Source: a virus (lineage: Duplodnaviria > Heunggongvirae > Uroviricota > Caudoviricetes). Taken from it: a stretch of 25,422 bases of DNA. This document shows, piece after piece, positions 10,642 to 19,384 of this stretch. A program made the position numbers and the translations under genes. Each line of letters opens with the position of its first letter. Positions within the stretch are counted from its first letter, which is position 1. The stretch lies in IMG/VR virus record IMGVR_UViG_2574180238_000002. The stretch is one strand, 5' to 3'. Under the pieces are notes generated by a model. That model saw nothing but the letters and a program-made list of their open reading frames with translations. It did no database searches and had not been told where the DNA came from.

Positions 10642-11685
10642 CTAATATCTGAATTTGTTTGATATCTTTTTCCCAATATCCATTGCTGGTTTTTCTATCG
10701 CAATAAATGATATCAGTCCAGCAATAAGTGATAGTGCTATGCATAAAACTTGATTTAAGTACAGGTTTATATCAGGTAATAACCTGAATGTTATCTGCTG
10801 TATTAAAAAGCCCCACAAGTAAACGCCATATGACACATCATGTTTTATTCTTACTGATTTTATTATTTTTGTTGTTGATAAATACACGAAAAATGTACAT
10901 GCGCAAAAGTAAAAAAGCATATGCTTGAGTGTTGGGTCTGACACAAAATTATATAATATTGCAAATCCTATTGGTGCATGTGGTGAAATGTATATTTTGT
11001 CCTTGTTTATAGCATACAATGCGCCAAGAGCAAAGCATGGAGCCATTAAAAACACATCTGCATTATCGTTATTTATAAAAATTAATTTGTTCCATCCCAA
11101 TACTGGAAGCGCTATTATTGATAAGCATATGATGCTAGGTATTATTCTTCCTCTGCTCTGAGTTATCATGTAGCATGCTAGGAGCACGACATAAGATGCA
11201 ACTTCATATGGTATTGTCCATAAGGAACCATTAACTGATCTTTTATATATATTTTCCTCAAAAACACCAGGAAGAAAAAATTGCATATCCAAATATGAGC
11301 TTTTAAATAGATAGCTGTACGTCAGTGTATCTTTTAAATAAGATGTCATTGAGTGCGTTGTAAGTAATGGTCCAACAATGAATGTCGCGAATAATAAAAC
11401 AAAAATGAATGCGGGGAATATTCTAAAAAATCTAGATGAAATAAAGTGTGGTATGTTGCGCGTTGTTAATAAACTATTAGTTACAAGCATTCCACTAATA
11501 AAGAAAAATATTTTTACAGCAATGGAACCAGTATATGTAAATGTGAAAACAGACTGAACCGGCTCCTGGGCTCCATCAGAATTTGCAAGATAATATGAAT
11601 GGGCAAATATTACAGAAATTGCACAAAAAATACGTATTAAGTCAAGGTTATTGTTATCCCTTTTTAGCGCATCTTTGACCAACAT
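10642..11685 (-). CDS. integral-membrane acyltransferase family 3 protein (O-antigen acetyltransferase-like)
   Basis: 347 aa from first ATG; multiple hydrophobic segments; N-terminal motif ...LDLIRIFCAISVIFAHS typical of acyltransferase-3/Oac-type enzymes; visibly AT-rich; sits where P22-like phages carry O-antigen conversion genes. Confidence 0.7.
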   Translation of the reverse strand: MLVKDALKRDNNNLDLIRIFCAISVIFAHSYYLANSDGAQEPVQSVFTFTYTGSIAVKIFFFISGMLVTNSLLTTRNIPHFISSRFFRIFPAFIFVLLFATFIVGPLLTTHSMTSYLKDTLTYSYLFKSSYLDMQFFLPGVFEENIYKRSVNGSLWTIPYEVASYVVLLACYMITQSRGRIIPSIICLSIIALPVLGWNKLIFINNDNADVFLMAPCFALGALYAINKDKIYISPHAPIGFAILYNFVSDPTLKHMLFYFCACTFFVYLSTTKIIKSVRIKHDVSYGVYLWGFLIQQITFRLLPDINLYLNQVLCIALSLIAGLISFIAIEKPAMDIGKKISNKFRY

Positions 11686-12075
11686 AAAAATCACCTAACT
11701 GTTTATTTTGAAGAGCATTGTATCATCAGATAGCCGCACTTTCACTCCCATCAGATCACCGTCAGAAATTATCATAAGCGCCAGTTCATCATGTGCAATT
11801 GCGTGCAAACAAAATATTCACTGCAGAGAGATTAAGTAGATTGATTCTACTGGGTTGGCATGAGACAAAACTGAGACACAGAAAGCTTTGCACTGGATTG
11901 CAAGGCTTTGTGCTCTCCTGTGGATGTGTGTCTACATGTTTGAAGATTGTTGTGCCGTATTTGTGACATACGCATGACAACATCATGCATCAACTTTCTG
12001 TTTGTGCCATCAACTATAGCTTAGTGAATGCGGTTAATGCTTGCTAAAACAGATAGTTATGATTGGTGCTACAGA

Positions 12076-12121
12076 TTCGTAATGCGAAGGTCGTAGGTTC
12101 GACTCCTATTATCGGCACCAT
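12076..12121 (+). other. partial tRNA-Thr 3' segment (anticodon loop to CCA): central att site of the tandem array
   Basis: ATTCGTAATGCGAAGGTCGTAGGTTCGACTCCTATTATCGGCACCA matches the 3' 46 nt of tRNA-Thr(CGU) as remembered; upstream bases do not form the tRNA 5' half, so this is not an intact gene. Confidence 0.7.
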
Positions 12122-12726
12122 CAAGAAAATCAATAACTTAGCTTAACTTCTCTAAGAAATTGTATCTTCTGTTATCACTTACAAACGCCTATACGTTGTT
12201 ATGGGCTTTGGTAGTGTAACACGTATGGGCGAGTAGTTCCCAGGCTCAACCTCGTAACAAGTTCCTTTGAAGCTGGAAGACGTGCCACCGTCTCTAAACC
12301 TTCTACCAAAACTCTTAGCAAGATGTTCCACACCTGGCGCGGTGTCCAATGATGCTACACGTCGTGAGACGTTGCAGAGGATAAACAGGCTAAATGATGG
12401 GAAGAGTTTTAAGTGCAATAGTGGATCAAAGCCCACCTCTTCAAAACCTAACTTGATCGGGAAAGAATCAAGCTCTAGCACGGTTTCGTCCACCGGAGTA
12501 CAACGGGTGCCTGATAAGAGAAGAACTGCTAAGACTTCATAGCTTTTGTGAAAAAGCCCTTTTTAGTGGATACGCCTACGGCGCTTATTTTTTGGTATAA
12601 CCATCAAAGGCGCTTTATGGCTCCTATTGTCTTGAAAATGTATCTTTACTTGTATTGTGTTTTATGCGTAGTCTCCCTGTGTAGTATGTAACTTGTTAAT
12701 TTTCATATGAATACAGAGGCAACACG

Positions 12727-12879
12727 ATGAAAAACATTGCAGCTATAAAACGTAATAACCGCAAGATTCACGCTCGTAAGTTCCTGTCTACGCCAGAAGG
12801 AAAAGCCTGGCTAGAGCGTAAACAGAGAGAGAACGAAGAAAGAAAACTCCTTAGTGAGTTGAAATGGCTTAAGGATTGA
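12727..12879 (+). CDS. small basic protein (50 aa), uncertain
   Basis: MKNIAAIKRNNRKIHARKFLSTPEGKAWLERKQRENEERKLLSELKWLKD; not in the ORF track (below its length cutoff); followed by a long hairpin. Confidence 0.3.
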   Translation: MKNIAAIKRNNRKIHARKFLSTPEGKAWLERKQRENEERKLLSELKWLKD

Positions 12880-13429
12880 ATCACCAGTAGGCGCATAACA
12901 CATCCAGCGATCAAAGATGTGTTTATGCGCCTGATAGTGAAATTATTAAAGTTTTTTAGTTAATGTAGCCATTGCATGAACGATGATCGCTAGTGAATCG
13001 ATTTTATCTCGAGGGGTAAAATAGATGAGGTATATGATGGTAACAATTACAGCTAAAGTAATTGTGGTTCTGCAGGTTTTTAAAATGGATAAGATAAAGC
13101 GCATAGATACCCCCTATTGATTTAACAACAATAAGGTATCATTTATTTTTTATTGCATGCAATGTGCAAATTTTCACATATAATAGCTTACTATTCACTT
13201 TGCATGGTGTCAACAAGATGATGTGTTGTTTTGTTTGATTTGTTCAAGATAATATTTCATTTTCTCATCTATATAACTTGTGTTTTAGATAATTTCACTA
13301 ATTGTAAAAGTTACGTATTGCTTAATAGCTGCCTTTTTATCTGAAATCGGCGCAAACGTGATCAATGTTTAACGCGAAGATCAGCGGCGTCAGGTCCACG
13401 CAGCGACAATTCTCAAATATCAGGAGGCA

Positions 13430-13981
13430 TTACGCTTCCTGCTCTTTCTTGATACGTTGCACCGTCTGTGTGCTGACACTGAAATCTTTTGCTACGCTCC
13501 GAATTGATCCACCATTCGCGAGAGCGGCAACAATTCCCGCTCGATCAATTGCTTTTCCATTACCACGTTTTGCTATACGTCCAGCGGCCTTAGCTGCGGC
13601 GATCCCCTCACGTTGCCGCTCAAGCATCATTTCACGTTCCATTTGTGCCACTGCTGCAAGCACTGTGAGCATCATATTCCCTGCGGGAGAGTTCTTCCCT
13701 GTCTTAAAGTCTTCTTTATGGAAATGCACAGACACGCCGCGCTCTGTTAATTGCTCAACCGTTGCCAGAAGGTCGGCTGTATTACGGCAAAGGCGATCAA
13801 TACTGTGAACATGCACAACATCACCTTCCCGCACATAGTTCATCATTGCCTCAAACTGTGGGCGCTGAGTGTTCTTGCCTGACGCTTTATCTTCAAAGAC
13901 TTTATCAAGAGTTACTCCAGCTAATTGACGGTCTGTGTTTTGTTGCACAGTCGATACCCTAATGTATCCAATATTAGCCAT
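13430..13981 (-). CDS. serine recombinase (resolvase/invertase family)
   Basis: MANIGYIRVSTVQQ... with the catalytic Ser context, DRL.R motif and C-terminal HTH (GGSIRSVAKDFSVSTQTVQRIKK); ~183 aa, typical of small resolvases/invertases; RBS 9 nt upstream of ATG at 13981. Confidence 0.8.
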   Translation of the reverse strand: MANIGYIRVSTVQQNTDRQLAGVTLDKVFEDKASGKNTQRPQFEAMMNYVREGDVVHVHSIDRLCRNTADLLATVEQLTERGVSVHFHKEDFKTGKNSPAGNMMLTVLAAVAQMEREMMLERQREGIAAAKAAGRIAKRGNGKAIDRAGIVAALANGGSIRSVAKDFSVSTQTVQRIKKEQEA

Positions 13982-14507
13982 TTTCATTTTCCTTCTGTGT
14001 TGATTTGTGTGTAGTGATTATTGATCGTGTTGATTAGGTGTGTAAAGGACTTTTTTCACTACGAAATTCGAAGGTTTTTAGTGTGGTGATTTAGCCTGCT
14101 TTATCACTACACGTCTTGCATGAGAATCATGTAGTTACATTTTGGTAAAATTAGCAAGCTATTAAATAGTGTGTTTATTTTGAAAAAATAATTTTTTGTT
14201 GCATTAAAGGAAACTTGTTCGACAAATAATAGATTGATTTTTAATCAACAATTTCTGATAGTGCTCTGTAAGCCGTATTACACAAGGCTTTGCGAAAGTG
14301 ATGTAAAAGTGAAGAAAGCTAACATTGCACTTTTTAAGCTACTTTTCATTGGATTTTTACGTAGGAATTACACAGGGATTAATCATCAATTACATTGAAT
14401 TTAAGCCTGTTTTAGATGTTTAATTTTGGTAGCAAGAAACACTTTTAGAAGATCATTGCACAGATGTTATGTGATAAATGGATGTAACGGTAGGTCACTG
14501 TGAACTA

Positions 14508-14644
14508 CCCCCACAGAATTCTGTTATCCTTAACTTTTAAAGAAATATGCACCCTAACAGAAAACTGTTACCCCAACCCTAACAGAATTATGTTAGATAC
14601 CCCCACAGAAAACTGTTAGCCACCCCTACAGAATTTTGTTACCT
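14508..14644. repeat. array of five ~23-bp iterons, each a TAACAG-N4-CTGTTA palindrome preceded by a C-run
   Basis: Cores at 14513-14526, 14557-14570, 14582-14595, 14605-14618, 14628-14641; four of the five start 23 bp apart. Confidence 0.65.
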
Positions 14645-14756
14645 ATTAGATCAACTATCAAACTACAATTAAATTATCTTTTATAAATTCTTTTATCTTT
14701 AAAGAATAATTAAGTGATACCCGTTAGGGAGTCTTCGACTATCCCTTAATCTATTG

Positions 14757-15033
14757 GCATTCGCCAGAACCTTGCACAAGTTAGAGTGTTAGTCGTTAGA
14801 CTGCTTGTCATAACACATAGTTTTTGTTTGTTGATGTTAGTTAGTAGATCTATGTTCGCTAATGCCGCTCACAACGAATATGTAATCTACTATGTGCAAA
14901 TAGCCTACGGCTTGCGTAAGGCTAAATAGTCTATGCGCTGTGCGCTTCAATAGTTCCATTGATGAGGCTTACGCCAATCTAACGATCATCAATCATCTAA
15001 AATAAATTTCTTGTGCAATGTTCTGGCGAATGC
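14757..15033. repeat. 24-bp inverted-repeat pair flanking a 229-bp segment
   Basis: gcattcgccagaaccttgcacaag (14757-14780) versus reverse complement of cttgtgcaatgttctggcgaatgc (15010-15033): 23/24 identity. Confidence 0.55.
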
Positions 15034-15339
15034 AATTAGAGTAGCGTTACCCCTTTGGGGATGCTAACGCATAACTATAGATCAACCATCAAACAGACAA
15101 AAAAGAAAAATATGGTTTAAAGATGTTAGGTAGTAGATGAGATTCTACCGCTTAAATCAAGCCGTAGGCGAGCTAAACAGCCTCTACATAAGGGAATGTA
15201 TTGTATTTATCAAAACCTCGTCAGAGGGCGTTTTAGAGCGTTTTAGAGAATAAGGAAGAATAGGAGCACTCTTAAGAGCACGAATTGCTAAGAAAAATTA
15301 TAACACACTGAAAATGATCAATATTTTTATGGCTAGGGG

Positions 15340-15368
15340 TTGACAAAAGCTTTTAGTCGTGGTAAAGT
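15340..15368 (+). promoter_or_regulatory. candidate sigma70 promoter for the 15492-17800 operon
   Basis: TTGACA (15340-15345), 17-bp spacer, TAAAGT (15363-15368). Confidence 0.4.
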
Positions 15369-15491
15369 AATATTAGGGACAGAAAACATTCTTATCCTCT
15401 AAGTAATTAAACCAATGCACCGCACTTTGAAGCCCAACAAGGCTTGCAAGGTGTTTTTTCTTTTAACCAAATAGAATAAGGAGGCTAATTA

Positions 15492-15668
15492 ATGAAATAT
15501 TTTACTCCACAGGATGTAGTTGAAGCCTGGAAACGTGGTGAGATTAATCGTTTTAAAGTAAGGATGAACAGGAACACAGCGCGACGCTGTGGTTATCCAG
15601 AGCGTGAAAAATGCTTTGACGATGCACTAAAAATTATTGATGAACTGCGTAAGGCAGAGAAAGAATAA
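15492..15668 (+). CDS. small protein (58 aa), unknown function
   Basis: Strong SD AAGGAGG upstream of ATG; MKYFTPQDVVEAWKRGEINRFKV...; first gene of a co-directional operon. Confidence 0.5.
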   Translation: MKYFTPQDVVEAWKRGEINRFKVRMNRNTARRCGYPEREKCFDDALKIIDELRKAEKE

Positions 15669-15689
15669 TAACAGGAGAAGGAGAAAACT

Positions 15690-15860
15690 ATGAGCGAAAC
15701 TACAGAAAAGAAAAGACAACCACGCACTTGCTTTCATATTCCTGATGAAGTATTTCAGGTGTTGTTTAAAGAAGCCAGAAGTAAACGTATCACTGTTACA
15801 GATTACATTCTTGATATGTTGAAAAGAGAGGCTGAAACACTCTCAAACAAAAGCAAGTGA
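15690..15860 (+). CDS. small ribbon-helix-helix-like DNA-binding protein (56 aa)
   Basis: SD AGGAGAAGGAG; sequence RTCFHIPDEVFQVLFKEARSKRITVTDYILDMLKRE fits a beta-strand then two helices as in CopG/Arc/ParG-type RHH proteins (by-eye secondary-structure pattern). Confidence 0.5.
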   Translation: MSETTEKKRQPRTCFHIPDEVFQVLFKEARSKRITVTDYILDMLKREAETLSNKSK

Positions 15861-15913
15861 TTTTTATCACCATAGTAGCGCCGTAGAGCGTGATTACATC
15901 AAGGAGATTTTTA

Positions 15914-16483
15914 ATGATTAATGAAGAACAATTTGTAAAAGTTCCTATGTGGATTCTAAAAATAAGCCAAGTAAACGGACATAAATTTACAGATAGTGCT
16001 AAAAACCTTTACTGCTATCTGAGAGGGTTTGATCGTGCATTTCCCTCTTACGCTAAGATAGGCGATGTTTTTGGCATAACACCAAGAGCAGCAGAAGAAA
16101 GGGTTAAGAAATTGCTCGAAATGGGATTAATTATAAAAGATGCACGACCAGGAAGCTCTAACCTTTATCGAGTGCTTGATATTCCAAAAGGAGAATCATC
16201 ACTACCTGATCCTTCTGAGAAAGAAGACGAATCTAATGAAATATTGAATGTTTCCGAAATCATCGTTGAAGAAGAAACACAAGAGCCAGAGTTCCCTGAG
16301 CGGCCCGAAATTTTTACTTGGCTTCTTTCCCTTGATAAGAAGAAACCACCGCACGAAGAAACAGAAGATTTTGTAAAACGAGCATTAGATTCAAAGAATA
16401 TCTATCTTTGTGAAAATGATTTTGACTCTTTGATAATTGATCTCAAAAGTGAGAGCACAATATATGATTCACTACCCTTCTAA
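15914..16483 (+). CDS. predicted winged-helix DNA-binding protein with acidic C-terminal tail
   Basis: ATG at 15914 with AAGGAG RBS; N-terminal ~90 aa has a wHTH-like pattern (..AKIGDVFGITPRAAEERVKKLLEMGLI..); C-terminal half highly acidic. Confidence 0.55.
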   Translation: MINEEQFVKVPMWILKISQVNGHKFTDSAKNLYCYLRGFDRAFPSYAKIGDVFGITPRAAEERVKKLLEMGLIIKDARPGSSNLYRVLDIPKGESSLPDPSEKEDESNEILNVSEIIVEEETQEPEFPERPEIFTWLLSLDKKKPPHEETEDFVKRALDSKNIYLCENDFDSLIIDLKSESTIYDSLPF

Positions 16484-16492
16484 GGAGAATAA

Positions 16493-16750
16493 ATGACTTA
16501 TAACATCACTATAGGAAACAAAACTATTGAAATAACTGAAAGCGGATACAACATTTTAAAAGCTATTTTGGACATAGAGTTTTCACCACCGACAGTGGTT
16601 AGCTTTTGTAGTTTAGGCGGCTACAGCGCACAACACGTAAATCATTTTACATCGTTCGGTGTGCTGGATTATGAAGGGATTAACAGCACTACATTTCGTC
16701 TTTTGAAATTAAACAAAGATTTTGAATTGTTTCTCACAAACAATCAATAA
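16493..16750 (+). CDS. hypothetical protein (85 aa)
   Basis: AAGGAG RBS; same-strand operon context. Confidence 0.5.
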   Translation: MTYNITIGNKTIEITESGYNILKAILDIEFSPPTVVSFCSLGGYSAQHVNHFTSFGVLDYEGINSTTFRLLKLNKDFELFLTNNQ

Positions 16751-16847
16751 CAACAGATCGGGCAATACATATGGCAAATGCATTTATGGCGATATTCATC
16801 GTAACAATGGCGTCCAGTTTTTATAATCCACATAAAAAGAGGGAAAA

Positions 16848-17231
16848 ATGGGAAGAAAGAAAAAGAACAACTTAAAACGTATTGAAAAAAACAGTAATTT
16901 CAATTCAAAAAGACAACGTCCACCGACACACACCAATAACGAAATTCCAGGGGAAGAGATAATCTTTATTCTTGAAACAGAATCCCCTGAATTAAGTGAT
17001 GAAGAATTAGAAATAATCCAATCAATGCCAGGCGTTTACTTTCGCCCAAGAACAAGAAAACAAACTATCATTTCTGATGGCACTCTGAAACGTTGGCAGC
17101 TTTTAGGGTTTAGCTCCTATCATCATTTTTTGGGATTTAACGCTTTCAATAATTGTGTAGGTGGTGCATCGGAAGTCGATCTGATGGCTCATTTAGAAGA
17201 TACATTAGCTTCTAACAAACGTTCTAACTAA
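16848..17231 (+). CDS. hypothetical protein with basic N-terminus and acidic middle (127 aa)
   Basis: RBS AGAGGG; N-terminal Lys/Arg-rich stretch followed by an acidic segment. Confidence 0.5.
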   Translation: MGRKKKNNLKRIEKNSNFNSKRQRPPTHTNNEIPGEEIIFILETESPELSDEELEIIQSMPGVYFRPRTRKQTIISDGTLKRWQLLGFSSYHHFLGFNAFNNCVGGASEVDLMAHLEDTLASNKRSN

Positions 17232-17246
17232 TAAAATGATGGGTGT

Positions 17247-17492
17247 ATGTATAAGCGCCCAATGAAAATATTCAAAAAAGGAAAAATAATGATTGGCTAT
17301 ATTCAAGAAACACAATTATTTCAGATGATCCTGTCTGATGCAAAAAACTATGCAGAGTTAATTCGGCTGGCAAAAGAAACAGAAGACTACGAAGCATTAG
17401 AGCGTTACCGTGATGAAGTGCTGACGCTCAAGACACCTTTTAACATCGTATTGAATATGATTAATGATGCATTACAAGGAGAATACGCATAA
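17247..17492 (+). CDS. hypothetical protein (81 aa; alternative start at 17289)
   Basis: ORF with better RBS (AAGGA) before the internal Met at 17289; stop overlaps the next start (ATAATG). Confidence 0.45.
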   Translation: MYKRPMKIFKKGKIMIGYIQETQLFQMILSDAKNYAELIRLAKETEDYEALERYRDEVLTLKTPFNIVLNMINDALQGEYA

Positions 17493-17800
17493 TGGAAGAA
17501 GATATTAGCAATGCAATGGAACAACTTTTAGAACTGACTATCTCACTACAAACAAGAATAAATCAAGCCTATTCAGATTTATGCGATTACACGCTCTCTC
17601 AATGCGTTATTAGCTTAATGAAGGTGAATGTAAGCCTTGACGATTTTATCTCTCTTGGGAGCGATTTAGAGCTATCAGAGGACGATGCAAAACAGTGTAA
17701 TCAAATCATCACAGACATCGCCACCACGTTAAAGGTTGCAAGTGAAGAGATTCAGCAATTAGTAGATGATTTAGCAAAAAGTGCTATTTTCTCTAAATGA
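17492..17800 (+). CDS. strongly acidic small protein (102 aa)
   Basis: AAGGAG RBS; about 19 Asp/Glu versus about 6 Lys/Arg by count. Confidence 0.5.
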   Translation: MEEDISNAMEQLLELTISLQTRINQAYSDLCDYTLSQCVISLMKVNVSLDDFISLGSDLELSEDDAKQCNQIITDIATTLKVASEEIQQLVDDLAKSAIFSK

Positions 17801-18642
17801 TAATGAAAATTATTTGCATTTATAATGATTTTGTTATATAATAATTTTAGGGGTAGATAAAAAGATTTTAGTTGGTGTTAATCCTTCTACTGTCATAAAT
17901 CCCTGCATATGGAAGGTGATAGCCTCAAAGGTTGAGTGGCATTAACCTCTAACAAATATTACCTTCCATCTCTCAAGAAGTTTTAGAATAATCATAACTC
18001 CCTCTTTGATTGTTGATTGTTTCTACGTTGTGTTGATGAATGTTGTTAGGCATTGTGCTTAATTTTGATAAAAGCGGGTAGGTGTTATCTCCTTGCCCTT
18101 CCCGCTCTTATTTTTCATCTATGCTTATCCTAAAGCTCCTTATTTTGTCAGAAAACATTAAAGAGCCTTACACTGATAGTTATATTTTATAACTATTTAC
18201 TAACATCATTAAACTATTATTTAATGACAGAAGTTAGTAACAGAATAATCTATTAAGTTGTTGTCAAAAACAATCATCTGCATAGCGTTAGCCGCAAGCA
18301 GAGAGAGTTTAGCTAAGAATGGTGCAATAAACTTTGGAAATATTGATAGCAAAACGGGTTTTATAGAATGCGGATCTATAAGCTTTGGTTGTAAAAACGA
18401 TTTTCTGAAACGGTAGATTACTGTTGGTGTAGTTAATCATTATTAAAAATTTAATCTGTGAGTAGATTGGAATAGTGATTCCTTAAAATCTGACTGGTGC
18501 ATCCACACCATGAAAGATAGCGGTTGGCCACCGCGCCCCGAATAGATATTCCTGATTGATTCCGCATGTTTTCCTAAGAGCATGTTTTCAGGAGTATCTA
18601 TTCACCCTTTAAGCATATCATCAAGTATATTTAAAAAGTGTA

Positions 18643-18671
18643 TTTGCTGATATGTTTAATCCTCTTATAGT
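18643..18671 (+). promoter_or_regulatory. candidate sigma70 promoter for the 18785-23366 operon
   Basis: TTTGCT (18643-18648), 17-bp spacer, TATAGT (18666-18671); weak -35, good -10. Confidence 0.3.
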
Positions 18672-18784
18672 TTAACTTATCAATTATGTAATTGCCCGCA
18701 CGTTAAAGCCCCTTTGCTGGTCAGAATTAACCTCTTACGGCATTGGGGCTTTTTATTTGTCTGGCACTAACAGGAACATTATTT

Positions 18785-18982
18785 ATGAAACAAGAAATGA
18801 TTATCAGCAAAGACGGGGAAACGATGATTGTTAGTGATGAAAACCTCATTAAGGTTGCCGCACTGTTGGGAGTTACTCCCGAAAGTCTTCGTTCTACCAC
18901 TGCTCAATTATTTAAATCGGCTGATGCGGTTAGTCTTGCTGATGCCCTTAAATCTAAAATTAAACAACTGAAAGGAAAATAA
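18785..18982 (+). CDS. hypothetical protein (65 aa)
   Basis: AGGA RBS before ATG at 18785; first gene of the second operon. Confidence 0.45.
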   Translation: MKQEMIISKDGETMIVSDENLIKVAALLGVTPESLRSTTAQLFKSADAVSLADALKSKIKQLKGK

Positions 18983-18986
18983 TCTT

Positions 18987-19370
18987 ATGGCTAACCCATA
19001 TGGAAAATTAAAAGCAGTGAATGCGGATAACTCCCGTTCACGCTGTAAGGTAGTAGCTTACGCTGCTGATCCAGTGCTGCAAGATCGCCTCGTCAAACTG
19101 GCTTCACCTCTCACTGACGATCTTATTGTCGGGGCTTTGCTGAAAGCCGATGGCACCAAAGCAACAACCGCATCTGATATTGCTCACGTAGTAGTTGAAC
19201 CGGCTTATGAAGGACAGGAAAGCGTAGTGGTTGCACATCCTACTTTCGTTATTCTGGCTGAAGATGGGATTGAATTTAACAGCATGGAAAAGGCAAGTGT
19301 TATTGCAAAACTGCAATCTCTCGGCTTTGTAATTGCTGGTTATGAAGAACTTGCGATCCCTACGACTTAA
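18987..19370 (+). CDS. hypothetical protein (127 aa)
   Basis: AAGGA RBS; tightly spaced with neighbours (4-14 nt intergenic). Confidence 0.55.
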   Translation: MANPYGKLKAVNADNSRSRCKVVAYAADPVLQDRLVKLASPLTDDLIVGALLKADGTKATTASDIAHVVVEPAYEGQESVVVAHPTFVILAEDGIEFNSMEKASVIAKLQSLGFVIAGYEELAIPTT

Positions 19371-19384
19371 CAAGGAAAATAATA

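Larger units (their letters stand above)
714..12121. mobile_element. P22-like prophage remnant with large internal deletion, integrated at tRNA-Thr
   Basis: Gene order int-xis-early genes then directly gp20-like, gp16-like, lipoprotein, mnt-like, tailspike, acyltransferase, att. This matches the two ends of a P22-type prophage map with the middle missing. Confidence 0.7.

Noticed and set aside
12040-12121. Possible intact tRNA-Thr gene
   Set aside because: Only the 3' 46 nt (12076-12121) match the tRNA; upstream sequence cannot form the acceptor and D arms. Treated as an att-site partial copy.
14508-14644. CRISPR array
   Set aside because: Repeats are 16-bp palindromes at ~23-bp spacing with no spacer-length unique sequences and no cas genes; they look like iterons or operators.
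15227-15246. Tandem duplication cgttttagag x2
   Set aside because: Only two 10-bp copies in AT-rich DNA; too short to interpret on its own.
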